DNA from: Hydrolagus affinis | Taxonomy: Eukaryota | Length of the DNA stretch: 64,000 nt | Direction: 5' to 3' | Assembly: GCA_012026655.1 (NCBI GenBank) | Contig: JAAILG010000155.1 | Span: 1 to 64,000 of the forward strand | In this document: positions 51,406 to 63,745 of the stretch, piece after piece | Position numbering within the stretch: position 1 is the first letter of the stretch | Layout of the letters: every line of letters starts with the position of its first letter | The notes under the pieces: model-generated | Databases searched by the model: none | What the model was told of the DNA's origin: nothing | What the model saw: the letters and a program-made list of their open reading frames with translations, nothing else | Position numbers and translations under genes: made by a program

Positions 51406-52254
51406 AATGATGTTGTTCAAAGGGTGGGTGGGGGAGAGAGGATCAGTAACGGGGTAGGGGGAGAGGAGCAAAGAACGACATCACAGACTCAATTTCACAA
51501 TACAAATCGTATCCACGATCCTATGTTTGCAAACTCACAGAACATTCTGTGCTTGGAATTATTTATAATGAATGAAATTAAATGTCAGCCAGGTTAATGA
51601 AAGGACAAAACTATAAATCTTCATCTCAGTAACACTCTTTGTGCTATGTAAAGTGTTTGATCCACAGAATTAAAATCCCATTGAGAATCCAACACTTACA
51701 AATGTAAGAAAATGCGCAACCACAAAACATTGACACGTTAATAATAATAATCCTTGCATTTGACATAGTGCCTTATCAAATCGTTGAGATGCTTCAAAGG
51801 ACTTCACAGAATAAAGTGAATTGATGCTATATTTTGTGAAACGAGTTACGAGATGGTCGAATCCAGCACGATATCTGGGGGAAGAGACACTCGATCGGAA
51901 GCCGACATCATCACTGAATGGACTCGGTTAATTCATCTTTAATAGTAAAGAGATGGAGGGAGAACAGAAAAGCTCATTCATGAACAACTGACGTTGACTT
52001 GGACCGAAAGCGCCGCATTGGGCCAAAAAAGAATTGTAATGGTAGATGTTTCACTTGATTCAGGTAAATGAAGTTGAGACACTTAAGATTGTTTCCTCAA
52101 GATCTGAAGGAGGGAGCAGTGGAATCCTCTTTACCAAAACTATATATTGAGTGAGAGGTCATTAAAATCTCAAGTACATGTTAAAAGCATATGTGACCCA
52201 TGACCACAGTATTCGCGCACACATACACAGAAGTGCTCAGTGGGTCAGTGAGGA

Positions 52255-52500
52255 GAGGGCATCAATTTAAGATAGTTAGCAAATGAGCATGTTCATGCAC
52301 AGACTAGTTAGGTTATGAAATTATGGAATGCCCAGCCGGGAGCAGTGCTTGAGGCAGAATCCATATTATTATTTAAAAGGAGTAATCTACAGGGGTGTGG
52401 GGAAAGAGCAGGGAAATGGAACTAGAAGGATTGCTCTATAAAAGAGCAAGCATAAAAACAATGTGCCACATGGGGTTCTGCGCTGTAAATTACTGTGGTT
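52255..52500 (+). mobile_element. Old CR1 3' remnant
   Basis: gggcatcaatttaagatag..tggaatgcccagccggg..tgaggcag..gggaaagagcagggaaatgg. Confidence 0.6.
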
Positions 52501-52699
52501 CTAAATGCTGTACAAGGCAGAGAAATAGGGCTAAACTGCAAGTATTCCTCTGGAAGGGAAGCATACATCTTTTGGTAAAGAACATTTATTGCCCTTTTTG
52601 AATTGACCACCAGTAGCCCCTCCCCTCCCGCCAACAACAACAACTTCGATTTATATAGCGCCCTCCACGCCGGACAGCATCTCAGAGCGCTTCGAACCA

Positions 52700-52910
52700 C
52701 CTGTTTGAGCACTGAAAAGGAGTCCCATTCTTCAGGCAATGTGGCCAATACAGGGTTCGTAAACCACCATAGCAGAGAGCAGCGAGAGATTCGCCGTACA
52801 CAGTATTCACCACAGGAAGGCAAAGCGTTTAACAATGTTGCAATAGGCCCATTTAAACCCATATGAAGGCTTTGCCTCATCACTTAAGGCTTCACAAACG
52901 CACTGTCAAA
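52700..52910 (-). pseudogene. Harbinger-like transposase fossil (HTH region)
   Basis: ORF 52422-52883 MRQSL..IATLLNALPSCGEY parallels LWLLPSCAE at ~36430-36455. Confidence 0.35.
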
Positions 52911-52961
52911 TACAATCAACTAAGATTGGGCATCCTGCTGTGTGCCAGTCACTGTTGTTTG

Positions 52962-53516
52962 GAATAAAAACAGAAGTGGCTGGGAACACTCAATAGGTCA
53001 AGCAGCATCTATGGAGAGAGGAAAGTGAGTTAATGTTTCTGACGAGAGGTCATCAACTGTTTGTGGGACACTGCTGTGTGCATTGTGTGCAATTTGGCTG
53101 TAGTGTTTTGCCCACAAATATACAGTCCATTTTCCTGCTCTCCTTCCCCCTACCCCGACCCCTCCCCTTGCCATCTTTTCCCCCTTTCTCCCCTAACCCC
53201 ACTTCCATGACTGTTTGTGGGACATTGCCTTGCGCAGTTTGGCTGCCACGTTTTGCCCACAAATATACAATCAATTTTCCTACTCTCCTTCCCCTGATCC
53301 CTCCCCCTCCTGCTCTGATCCCTACCTGACTGTTCAGCGCCTTGGGACATCCTCCCGATGTGAAAAGCGCTATATAAATATAATGATTGATTGATTGATT
53401 GATTGATTGAAATATTAACTCATTTTCCTCTGGGCACAGATGCTGACTGACCTGCTGAGTGTTCCCAGCTATTTGTGTATTTATTTCGGATTTCCAGCAT
53501 CTGCAGTATTTTGCTT
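52962..53516 (+). mobile_element. Fold-back Penelope-like pLTR element interrupted by a composite SINE
   Basis: Left arm 52962-53038 is the reverse complement of the right arm ~53409-53489, followed by the 3' tail gatttccagcatctgcagtattttgc; CTGACGA at 53039-53045 is separated from GAAA at 53409-53412. Confidence 0.75.
53056..53408 (+). mobile_element. Composite SINE-like element (two Deu-like cores, L2 tail, (GATT)n)
   Basis: actgtttgtgggaca..gcccacaaatatac..ttttcct twice at ~155-bp spacing; same family as 28275-28576. Confidence 0.8.
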
Positions 53517-54204
53517 AACTGTCTTTCGGAAATTCAGCTGAGAGATAAGGTACAATCATGAGTGATCCAAATGATAGACAAAGGTTCGAAGCAAACCCTG
53601 CTGGGATCAAAGCTGTATGATGAGAATCGAGAGGCAAAGACAAGTTCTATTCTCTCCATTCTACAAGTTAATTAGATCAGACTTGGGCTTGGAGGGGAAT
53701 TGCAAACTGCTCACCAACTCAGAGCACAAGTCAGCATCTTCAACAAATAATGACATGCACTTGGGGGAGGATTATTTCCACATGAACTTTGTCGTTCCGC
53801 TGACAGCAAGGAAACAAACCTATACATTGCACATGCTGTTTGCACGGCATATCAGGGAAGTAAAGCACAGGTTGTTTCAACCATTTGACAAGACTGAAGG
53901 AAAGATCTCAGATCCCTTCATCCCTTCCTCTCTTCCCGCCACCCCACCTCCCATCCCACCCTAAACCTCCACCCCACCCCCCTCCTCGACAAGTTGATCT
54001 GATGTGTCCAAAAATCGACCTAAATGGTATCACAGTAATCAACTGAAACCCTTTGTTCAATAAATATGCTTCCGGAGTCCATAGCGTTGATGCATTTGCA
54101 GCTTTTCTGAAGCAAACAGGTCATGGAGTCTGCAATTTTCCTTCAGTCAACCCAAGCGTCTCAGAATTCTTACAGACCTGCTGGATACAAAACCTTGTGC
54201 AATG

Positions 54205-54413
54205 TTCACAAATAATAATTCTTCAAAAAAACCTAATAATAAATTGGTTATTTCAACCTACGACTGTTTGTGAGACACTTCTATGCGCAATTGGCTGCCG
54301 CATTTCACCCACAAATATACATTCAATTCACCTTACAGCATATTCTGTGAAGAGCTTTGAGACATCTAGAAGACGTGAAAAGTCCTACATCAAATGCAAG
54401 GATTATTATTATT
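54205..54413 (+). mobile_element. SINE, 5'-truncated
   Basis: Core and tail of the 4856 family. Confidence 0.85.
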
Positions 54414-55468
54414 AAATTAGATTCAAAACCTCACTGTTCTGGCTCAAACTAGGGACAAGGGACCAAATCAACCACTGATCTGTGCTTAAGCATTTACTGC
54501 ACATCTCAACAAAGTGATAAGGCGTTTTATCAAATGCAAGGATTATTATTATTATTATTAACAGCATTTACAGCAGCTCATAATAGCCTCGACCAGAAAG
54601 AATGAACTGAAATCCTCCGGGCTGACGCATGTAGCCACAATTTGTGACGAAGCGTTAACAGACAAAAGGAAAAAGTTTCAGAAGTTCATATTAAAAACAA
54701 AAGTATATCTTCATATTAGAGGGGATTGGGAGAGGAGGAGTCGCAAGTCGCAGAGCCTGTTGCTCAAAGATAATGAAGTGTTTTTTTGGGTGAACAGAGA
54801 TCTAGGGGAGTTAGCTGTCTATGCATCCATACATTGTTAAATTGCCAACATCAAGCATTCATTCTCAGCACAGCGCGCTGACACTGCTCGCTTTTAACTG
54901 CTGCACAGACGTGCACAGGCTGCTCCCAGGAGTGGGGGCATGAATATAAATCTACGTTATGGTTGCCCAGCAACTGAGAAGATAAACCGTTCACTGAACA
55001 GTTCCTGCACCCAGAATAACTACAGGGAAATGACAGAGGCCAGTTTCTCTGTGCACCTATTCGCTCATTGATTGAAAACCTTAGTTTATTGAGAATCATT
55101 CTCATCTTCACTTTAAAGTGGATAGAGAAGTGAGGCAGATACCAGGTTTCTCTTAGTCACACATTCTGAGTGTGGGTGTGTGTATATATAAATATATACG
55201 TCTGTGTATTTATATATATTTAATAAATATGTGTGTGTGTATATATTATATGCATATGTGTGTGTGTGTAAGTATGTCTTAGTGCATACATATGGGTAGC
55301 GAAGGTATTCAGTTCCACGTAGTGAAGTTATTCCCTAGTCCATACATTATATGATTTAACCACAAATGTACAATTACATTGTACATCCCCAATGTTTTGC
55401 TATTCGGACTTCTAAAATTTATATATTTGGACCCACTAAGGAACAAAAGAAATTTACCAAATGTTATG

Positions 55469-55705
55469 AAACACAAACAGAAATTGCTGGGAACGCTCAG
55501 CAGGTCAGGCAGCATCTATGGAGAAAGGAAAAGTGTACCAATGTTTTGGATCCATGACCCTTTGTCAGGGTTCTGACGAACGGCTGTGGACCTGAAACGT
55601 TGACTAATTTTTCCTTTCTCTATAGATGCTGCCTGACCTGCTGAGTTTTCCCAGCAATTTCTGTTTATGTTTCAGATTTCCAGCATTTGCAGTATTTTGT
55701 GTTTT
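55469..55705 (+). mobile_element. Fold-back Penelope-like pLTR element with two inverted hammerhead motifs
   Basis: ~102-bp inverted arms 55467-55568 and 55573-55674, plus a ~30-nt unpaired 3' tail; possible TSD TGTTATG (55462-55468, 55706-55712). Confidence 0.8.
55569..55605 (+). ncRNA. Minimal type I hammerhead ribozyme motif (putative)
   Basis: ggtt-CTGACGA-acggctgtggacct-GAAA-CGT-T-gact: intact core, helix I ggtt/gact, self-complementary ACGT helix III, degenerate helix II. Confidence 0.55.
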
Positions 55706-55894
55706 TGTTATGGTCGGAGAGGGACATAACTTAGCCCTGGAGAGCTAAATGCACACAATGTTTTAAGTTCTATCATTCTCCTTGGATTTATGGGACCTTG
55801 GTGTATGCAAAATGCGGTTGAGAGCTGGAAGTGCTAAAAAGATGCACTTTGGGATCAGTAAAAGCAAGTTATATAGCCTGATACTCAGTGTGGC

Positions 55895-56215
55895 TGTTGT
55901 AAAGTAATGCAAGTTGTTGAAAAGTTGGTGAGCGAGGAGCAAAGGAGGGGAATTTCAGATCATGGACAAAGGGGATTTTGAAGACTAAGTGGGAGGAAGT
56001 CAAAGGAATTTGAGGAGAGTGTTGCAAGTGGAGGCATAGTGCTTGAGGTCACTGATCACAAGATGGATGATGTGAGGAGCAGACTTGGTTTGGGTGGTGG
56101 AGGGAGTGGGCAGGAGAACAGGACTGGCTTACAGCTAAGGAGAAGGAAGGTTGTGAAGGGGGTTTGAAGGTCAGGGTTTTGAAGTTTATCTGGTGCACTA
56201 CAGGGGGGAAATGAA
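55895..56215 (-). mobile_element. L2 3' fragment, old
   Basis: taatgcaagttgttg; ggtttgaaggtcagggttttgaagtttatctggtg (QINFKTLTFKP). Confidence 0.55.
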
Positions 56216-57227
56216 GCCTACGTTAACAAAAAGACTATTCAAGCAAAAGGTTGCTCAGAGAGTTATTGAAGACAATGTATGCGGTCAATGAAGACCTCCA
56301 GACCCTAAAGAAAAGGTTCACTCCACAGCTCATTCAATATTCTATTATGTTATTTGTTCTTGTTTTTTTCATCAATAAAATGAAAAAAAAATGAGTTTGG
56401 CAGTAAAAAGTGCCCCTCAATAGCACCAATCAACATCCCGGCATTTTCTATAAAATTTGTCAAATTTTTCCCCCAATTCTTGGCAAATATTTCCCCAATT
56501 TTCCATTGGCCCCTGCTTATCACTTATATGGAAGGAGTAAGAGAAAGGAAGAATGCCGAGAAAGAAGACAATGAGTGAGAGGCAAACTGCAATTTTGCAA
56601 AACTCTGGACCACCTCACTCACAGCCAACTCTGTTCATCTGAAACTGAGCTGTGCTTTTCTAAAGATATCTACGGGATTGTGCTAATGGAGATGAGAGGT
56701 GGCAGAGCTGCAAACAGCCCAGCAAAGCTCACAGGGTTCAATCCATAGCCTAGGCTGCGTTAGTGAAGACGTCAGCAGCGCATCGGAACACATCCAAGAG
56801 GAAGCAATAAGAGCCAACAGAAATGCAGAGAAAAATTGGAAAGTGATGAGAGAAAGGAAGTGGAGGTAGATAGTTTGAAATCATCAAGAGGCTGAAATAG
56901 CCAGGGGGTTGGCTGCTTTTTGCTTCGAGGTGAATATGAAATCATTAGGATGTGCAACATTTCTACTGTTTGTAAAGGCACAGTCTGGCTGCATTGTGCA
57001 GATTTTCTATTATTGCTGGTTTACTAATATATCCCATCTTGCAGTATAACCTTTGTTACAGCAGCAGTGATGCAGTGAACAATTCAATATAGTATACTGA
57101 GCTGGTATTTTTAGGTACCCATAGCTGTGTGTTTTTTTATAACCTAGATGTAGGGATGAGTGAACTGAATAAGCTCTGGATCAGATCAATTGAAGCAAAC
57201 TATTCAACTGAACTATACTTTCTACAT

Positions 57228-57259
57228 GATATATATGATATATATATATATATATATAT
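57228..57259. repeat. (TA)n microsatellite
   Basis: Seen directly. Confidence 0.9.
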
Positions 57260-58984
57260 GGAAATTGCTCATTTAAATACAATACTAGGAACCACTACCC
57301 AGTCCTAGGAAACTAATTAAATACTTTCCTATTTTAGCCACCCGATATCTATTACGTTTTGAGACATTCTCCAAATGTGAAAGGTGCTATATCAAATGCA
57401 AAGATTATGCTTATCCATTCACAGGTCAGTTACTACATGTGCTAGATACAAAATAAAACATGATTCCACCCCCCGACCCCACTGGCCTCCACCCTCTCCG
57501 ATCCCAACCCCCAACTCGGATCTGAAACATTGATTGACCAATTGCCTTGGGACGTCCTCCTGACTATACAAATGTAATTTTATTGTTGTTAGTTAGGTAA
57601 GTAGTTAGTTAGTAAGTTAAAGAGTCGTTACTTAGCAGCAAATCGAAAAGTGCTTGGTGGGAACTAGCTGCTGGCTTGTGAGGGCTTGCAGGCTGCCTCT
57701 CTGATTTCCGTCTCTGCCCCTGGTTGTGTAGGCAGCCCAGCAAACTCTGTGACTAACACCTGCCACTGTTTGCCAGCAATAAAAATGTATTTTGTACTTT
57801 ACAGTAATTTTACTTGCAATATTCTGGTGTAATACAGCATTCTAAAAATCAGTCTTTCTATTATAGTAATGTATGTGTTTTTAATAAAATGCAGAATGAC
57901 GCTTCTCCTTTCTTGAGCTATTTCCAGCTTGTTTTGTCAGTCTGTACCACATCGGTGCAAAATTTAATGAGACACCTGCCTCTGGTACGGCTTCACTAGA
58001 GGAGAGCCAGAAGGCTTCAGCCACTTGTCACCTCCCAAGTATATCCAGGCTCTTCATGGCATCTCCTGGAACATTAGAACAGGAGGTAGGCCATTCAGCC
58101 CCATTGAGCCTGTTCCACCATTCTCTTCTGTGAAGTGTTCTGGGTGCAAACTTCCATTGCAACACGCAATACTCAATGGTCTGACACAACTGAGCACTGT
58201 TCTTCACTACCCTGTTTGTCACGAAATAAATAGAAACTGCCAGTAGCAAAATGTGTGTCTTGGCCTGTCTGCCTAACCCCTATCATTATGGCTTCAAACA
58301 TGCTGAGAGTTGCGTTTTGCCCAATTTGATTCCCCCTCTCAAAAGAAACTGAGAAATAATCATAGTAAAAACAAATAATCTACAGTGATGTTTGTGCAGG
58401 ATGCTTGGACTATGATACTCATTGGAATTTATTTGCAAAGATAAGGTTCATCCCACTCAACATTTTAACTGCATTTGTCATTGCTGTTGTCTATCATCGC
58501 AGGCAACTCAATCTATTCCACTACTGAGATCTCCTGACTATTATGATGATGTTTTTCACCTTTAAGTAAAGATCTCGGACCAAATTTTCTTTTTGAGAAA
58601 TCAATGTGAAAGACGAACGTTACTTTGCAAATCATGTGCACATTTGGAATGATCTGAAGGATGTTGCATTGTGTGGGAAAGTCACACGATTCAGAATCAC
58701 ACACTGTTTACTTTATGTACACTTTAAAATCAACATGATTGAGGAGCTCCACTATAACACCTAAATGTTGTTTTATGTGACACCAAATGGCTAAACATTT
58801 AACCTTTCTCTTTAGACTCTACTGTGCCCACTGGCCACTAGATGGTGTGTGAGAATCTTACAGTAATTCTAACCTGGGGAGTGGCTTTGCTATTGATGGC
58901 CTGCTAAACATTACTGACTAAAGGTCTGAGAGAAAGAACTTGCTTTTTTAGACAACCTTATCAGCTCAAAGTACAAAGTACAAT

Positions 58985-59335
58985 TTGATAAGAAGTGCCT
59001 TTCATGCCAGGAAGATATCTCAAAGCATCTCACAGAGCTGACTGGGAATCCGTGTGCCTCAAAACTCTTCACTGATATTTGTTGACAAGTGTATATATTG
59101 ACTTGTAGGCAAACACAGCAACCATTTGTGCCACAGGATCCCACAAGTGAATAAATAACCTTGAGGATTGTTTGCCAGAAAGTTCCCTTTCCATTTTCAG
59201 ATAGCACCAAAGTGGAACATTCTCTTTCCCCAGTACTGCACAGGAGCGCCAGCTTAAACAATGAGCTCAAAGACTTGACGAGGGGTCCGAATCTACAGCG
59301 TTCTGACCCACAGGTGAGAGTGCTATCACCAGGCC
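58985..59335 (-). mobile_element. Old DeuSINE
   Basis: gcagcaaccatttgtgccacaggatcccacaa..ccagtactgcacaggagcgccagc..ttctgac..gagagtgcta. Confidence 0.65.
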
Positions 59336-60419
59336 CAGTAGAGGAATGTCAGTGCCCCCTCACTGCTTGTGCAGAGCTGTGAGTTGGTGTCCACAGCCTA
59401 TCTGCTTGTACTCTGAAGCATTTGACAACACTCCAATGAGATTCCAGTAAGATCCTGCAAAGCACTTCGACATGTTTCAACAACACGAATTACAAAAATG
59501 CAAGGATTGTTGGTATATTATTATACCGCACTTTACAAATCTCCATTCCTGTAGCACAGCTTTCGGTCTAAGACTCGCTATTATAAACCAGTTTATGTCT
59601 TGCTAAGTAACGCAGAGACCTTGAAACACCTTCTCTATAAAGGCACTTTGTGGCTTCCAGGAATTTTGCCTTGTGGAACTCCCACACACTAAAATGTATA
59701 ATCACATTGCAAGGGCAATTGCTCTGGGCACATGCACCAAAAGATTGTCAAAATTGTCCAAGCAAAGTTTTTTTTATAATGCTATGACACACAGTTACTT
59801 GTGTTGTGAGCTACATCTGTAATTTCACATGAAACTCACGACAAAATGTTGCACTTTGTGTTAGCTGGAATTTCATTATTGTCTTTCCACTTTATACTGT
59901 GATTATTTCTTCGCAAATGGATCTTTTATGTGTTTAACTAATTCAAGCAAAACGCTTGCATTTTACCAGATGATTAAGTGACAACACTAACCCAACATAA
60001 ACAAGAGCCACAATCATGGGAGTGTAACGGAAACAACTTTCCCTAATCTAATAAAAAGAAAATTGATTGTTGCTTAAATGCTAAATGGGTGAAATTAAAT
60101 TGCATTAGATGTGATTAGGGAATGGTCATAAATAGTACGTTTGGAGTTTTCGTGTGGGTGATGGATATTGTCCTGGTAGTTGGGTAGTGGATGGATATTT
60201 GACTGGGTTTACTTCATGTGTGAAAGAGCCATAACTTCAGAGTGCCACAGGCATAGTGCCATAGGTAAACAATGGAATCTTCCTTCTTTGCCAATAAAAG
60301 AAATATAGCAATATAGCAACAATCCACAAGACCTGGGGAGGCAGATCATTTTCTGGTATCTCAGCCTCTTCTCGCTCCCTGTTCTCTCCCTGATTTTGAC
60401 TCCCGCTCCAATAACAATC

Positions 60420-60845
60420 CCAGCATACAGAATGCAAGCACTCTGATAAATAACATGCTTGCCTACAGAAACCCTTGAGTCACCTGCAACTGTCTCGAGT
60501 GTGCCAGGATAAGGAAGGGAAAAACAGTCAGGAAATCCCGCTCCTGAATCTCCATCTGGCGAATGCCACCACAGACCAACCTTCCCCACCCTTCCACCAC
60601 CAGCAGCCGACTTCAAACACCTCTCAAACACTTCTGCTGGACAATGGTGTGCAGGAACTGGGCGAGAATCGGATTGGGCACGGCTAAATAGTCCACAACC
60701 AGAAGCTACATGAAAGTCCATGAGTAAGAGCAAGGTGCCACAGGGTGTCCAGAAAAAGCTAAACACTTTTAGTTGAGGAGAATAGAAAATGAACAGAAAC
60801 ATTTTCAAGGGGATAAAAAAGCACCGAATAATGGAGCGACTTCTG
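60420..60845 (+). pseudogene. Possible Harbinger-like transposase fossil
   Basis: ISIWRM / LHLANATTD, ADFKHLSN and IGLGTAK*STT..VHE fall in plausible order (cf. IALWRLA..EY..IS..FGVGKSTV..VHE). Confidence 0.3.
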
Positions 60846-60849
60846 AAGC

Positions 60850-61218
60850 TACAAGATACTCTGTAAAATGTGACCGTGTATTTTGTAGGCAATAGTGGCA
60901 GCCAATTTGTGCACAGCAATGTTTAATAAATAGCCAAGAAGTAAATGGCCAATTTTATTATTCGGTAGATTGTTGGCCATGACGCTGGGAGGAACGCCTT
61001 TCTCTTTCGAATTGTGCCAGGGGATCTTTAATGTCCACCTGAACAGGCGGAATGGATTTCGTTTTAACTTCTCTTGCGAAGGTTGTCATCTCCATCAGTG
61101 CAGTGCAAGCATCGCATTGGGAGTGTCAGCCTAGACTACAAGAGTTCAAAGTCCTGATATGGGGCTCGAACCCACAATCTTGGACTCAGGAGTCGAGAAT
61201 GCTGCCGACTGGGTCAGG
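60850..61218 (-). mobile_element. Old DeuSINE, near full length
   Basis: gcagccaatttgtgcacagc, gtgccagggatctttaatgtccacctgaacagg, gagtgtcagcctaga, ggggctcgaacccacaa. Confidence 0.85.
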
Positions 61219-62351
61219 AGAATGGCACATTTGCTCTTGTTGATCTTAGTGCGTGATCAGCCTCTTAGGTGTTGGCACATTGTGTGGTGTTAAATACTGA
61301 TGGATGTGGAAGATGACAGGTTTACACATTAGTTAAAAATGTCATTTTATGGTGTTAAGGAGACAAATCTGGCTGAAAGAAATCTTACCTCAGTCAATAA
61401 TAGTAACCTACTAGGAACAAAATAAGGCCATTTGGTCTGTCAAGCCTACACCACCATTTAATTACTTCTCAAGGATAGGAGCTTTTCATCCTTCTAATCC
61501 CATTTCACTGTCTTTCTCCATATCCCTTAAAACTCTTCTCAAGTATCCATCTATCTTTTAAACATCTCAATCGATTCACCATAAGTGGCCTATGGGGCAG
61601 TGTGTCCTACATTCTCACATCTGTCTCTAACTCGTCAGTACCTTTTCGAGGAAGGAATATTTATCAGTACTCACACCCCCTTTACGCTAACCTATTTGCA
61701 CTACAGATATTTGATTGTGCCCAGCACTAGAGACTTCATTATATCCCATGCAGCTGGTTCCACCTGACCACCCCAATCAATCGCTGCATCCTCAGACAGA
61801 CAGCCGGTCAAACGATGGCAATAAAACACTCTGTGAGATGCTTCCCTAGCTGGTGTTGGTTAAAGCATGTAAGGGCAGGATGCGTGGAAAAGGAAACGAG
61901 AGTCAACACAACCCATAAAAGCCGAAATATAATAAAACGAACAGCTTTTTAAGCTATTTCCAACTGCATATTCTAGTGAGAAATCATGTCAGTGGCTAAA
62001 TTAGGAATGGACAACAATTTATGGTGCATTGGGCAATGAACACATTTCCATTCCTAGCTGTATCACATACCTCCCGCTCCACCTCTCTTCCCAATGCTCT
62101 CTGCGCTGAGGCAGCGTGGAGAGAGAAAGAAGGGCCTGTATTCTAATTAGTTGGACCCATGGCAACGCCATTAATTCACATATCAATCTTTTACATCCAA
62201 AGCATCGTTCGGCATCCATGCCACGGTAATACATGCCAGGTAATTGGCTCAAATAAAACAGTTAGAGCTCTGGTGGATACACTTTTCTGTGCAGGATATA
62301 TTATACATACTTCAGCAGTAGCAGCCTCTCTAAAGATGGGCATCACATTCG

Positions 62352-62520
62352 CGCCAGTTTGGCTCAGGTGGGTAACCCTCTTGTCTCCTGAGGTACCAGG
62401 CTGTGGGTTCAAGCCCCTCACCAGGTTTGAACCCACAGCCTGATACCTCAAGATTAGAGAATTTACAGTTGAGGCTAACACTGGTGTTGGGGAGTGCTGC
62501 ATTGTCATCCTTTAGATGAC
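62352..62520 (+). mobile_element. DeuSINE 5' part
   Basis: tggctcagg..gtgggttcaagcccc..aggctaacact..gggagtgctgcattgtc. Confidence 0.7.
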
Positions 62521-63487
62521 AAATACTATTTATTGCATAAATGTTTTTTTAAAAAAAGCTTGCCTCTGGTTATTTGCATTTGAAAGTGCAGTGATAATAC
62601 CAGACGGATGTTTTTATTTGGGCAGAGCCAATTAACGGAATACTTAACAGTGAGAAAGGCCATTTCAGACCACTAATTTCTAAATCCATCTGCCCATAAT
62701 CCAGCTATCCCGACAAATCTACCACAGGCTGAAATAAAGTAGCGGAAACATTTTCTATATCCATTAATACAACCCTGTTCACAACGGTTTGTTAACAGAC
62801 ACAATATATACGGGGCTTCAAATCCCTTATGCTTCTGCTTTAGAACAACAAATTACACCTTCAGAGTAAATGGAGCAGTAAGTATCACTTCCCAGTAATT
62901 CTTAGCAGATTGAATCTGGAGCAGTCACCATTGGGAATGTTAGGAATGAGAATTTTAATGAAGAGCATTATTGAGTCACCTCTGCGCCCACAAGCAATAT
63001 ATACCATTTATTCACATGTATATTTGATATATGAAAATAATACAAATTTATATATGATATATATCCACACACACACATAAATATGCATAAATACATGCTC
63101 ATTTGGACACACATACATATACACACGCATTCAAATAAACTGACTTTTTGCTGATCATTTTAAAATAACATTGTAAATTTTGTATTGAAATATAAAGTGT
63201 CCATGGATGAATGGAAATGGTTGAACAACCAGCTGACCACCAACATATTTGGACTCTTTACTTCTTAATGGAATATTCCATCATTGCGAGGTGGTGAAAA
63301 GATGGCTATATAGCGATCAGTTAAAGTACTCCTCCGCTGCCCTTTGTGACTCGGGACAAATAGTTACTTAAGTAAGGTACTGCTATGGAACTTTATAACT
63401 TTACAGGACATTCAAATGGCAAGCAGGGGGCCCCAGCACATTTTGTGAGGCTGTACCAGTGTGCCAATGTAATTTTATTGATGATAA

Positions 63488-63745
63488 ATAATCATTGCAT
63501 TTATATTGCTTACATTTGACTTCAGCTTCTCTAAAGTCTTATCACATTGTCGCATTTTTGGGGATTTACTTTTTGACTGCAAGCAGCGATGGCTTACAAA
63601 CAGCCGAGAAGTAAATGAAGGATTTTATCTATGGGATTGTCAGCCAGAATACCAGCAGAAACCCACTTCTCTTTTCAAATAGCGCCATGGGATCTTTAAT
63701 GTTCACCTTGCAGGCAGAGTCAGGACCTCAGTTTAACTGAAGGAT
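63488..63745 (-). mobile_element. DeuSINE, degraded
   Basis: ttcaaatagcgccatgggatctttaatgttcacc..ggacctcagtttaac. Confidence 0.7.

Noticed and set aside
53056-53408. CRISPR-like repeat-spacer array
   Set aside because: Only two long units, and the spacer recurs at 28300-28370; eukaryotic SINE context and no cas genes
55467-55674. miRNA precursor or DNA-transposon MITE
   Set aside because: Multi-copy family with a one-sided 3' tail, a solo-arm copy and a variable inversion point, which fits Penelope-type inverted pLTRs better
60209-60919. Longest ORF (236 aa, minus strand)
   Set aside because: It starts inside a DeuSINE and has no recognisable domain; any coding-like signal is on the opposite strand
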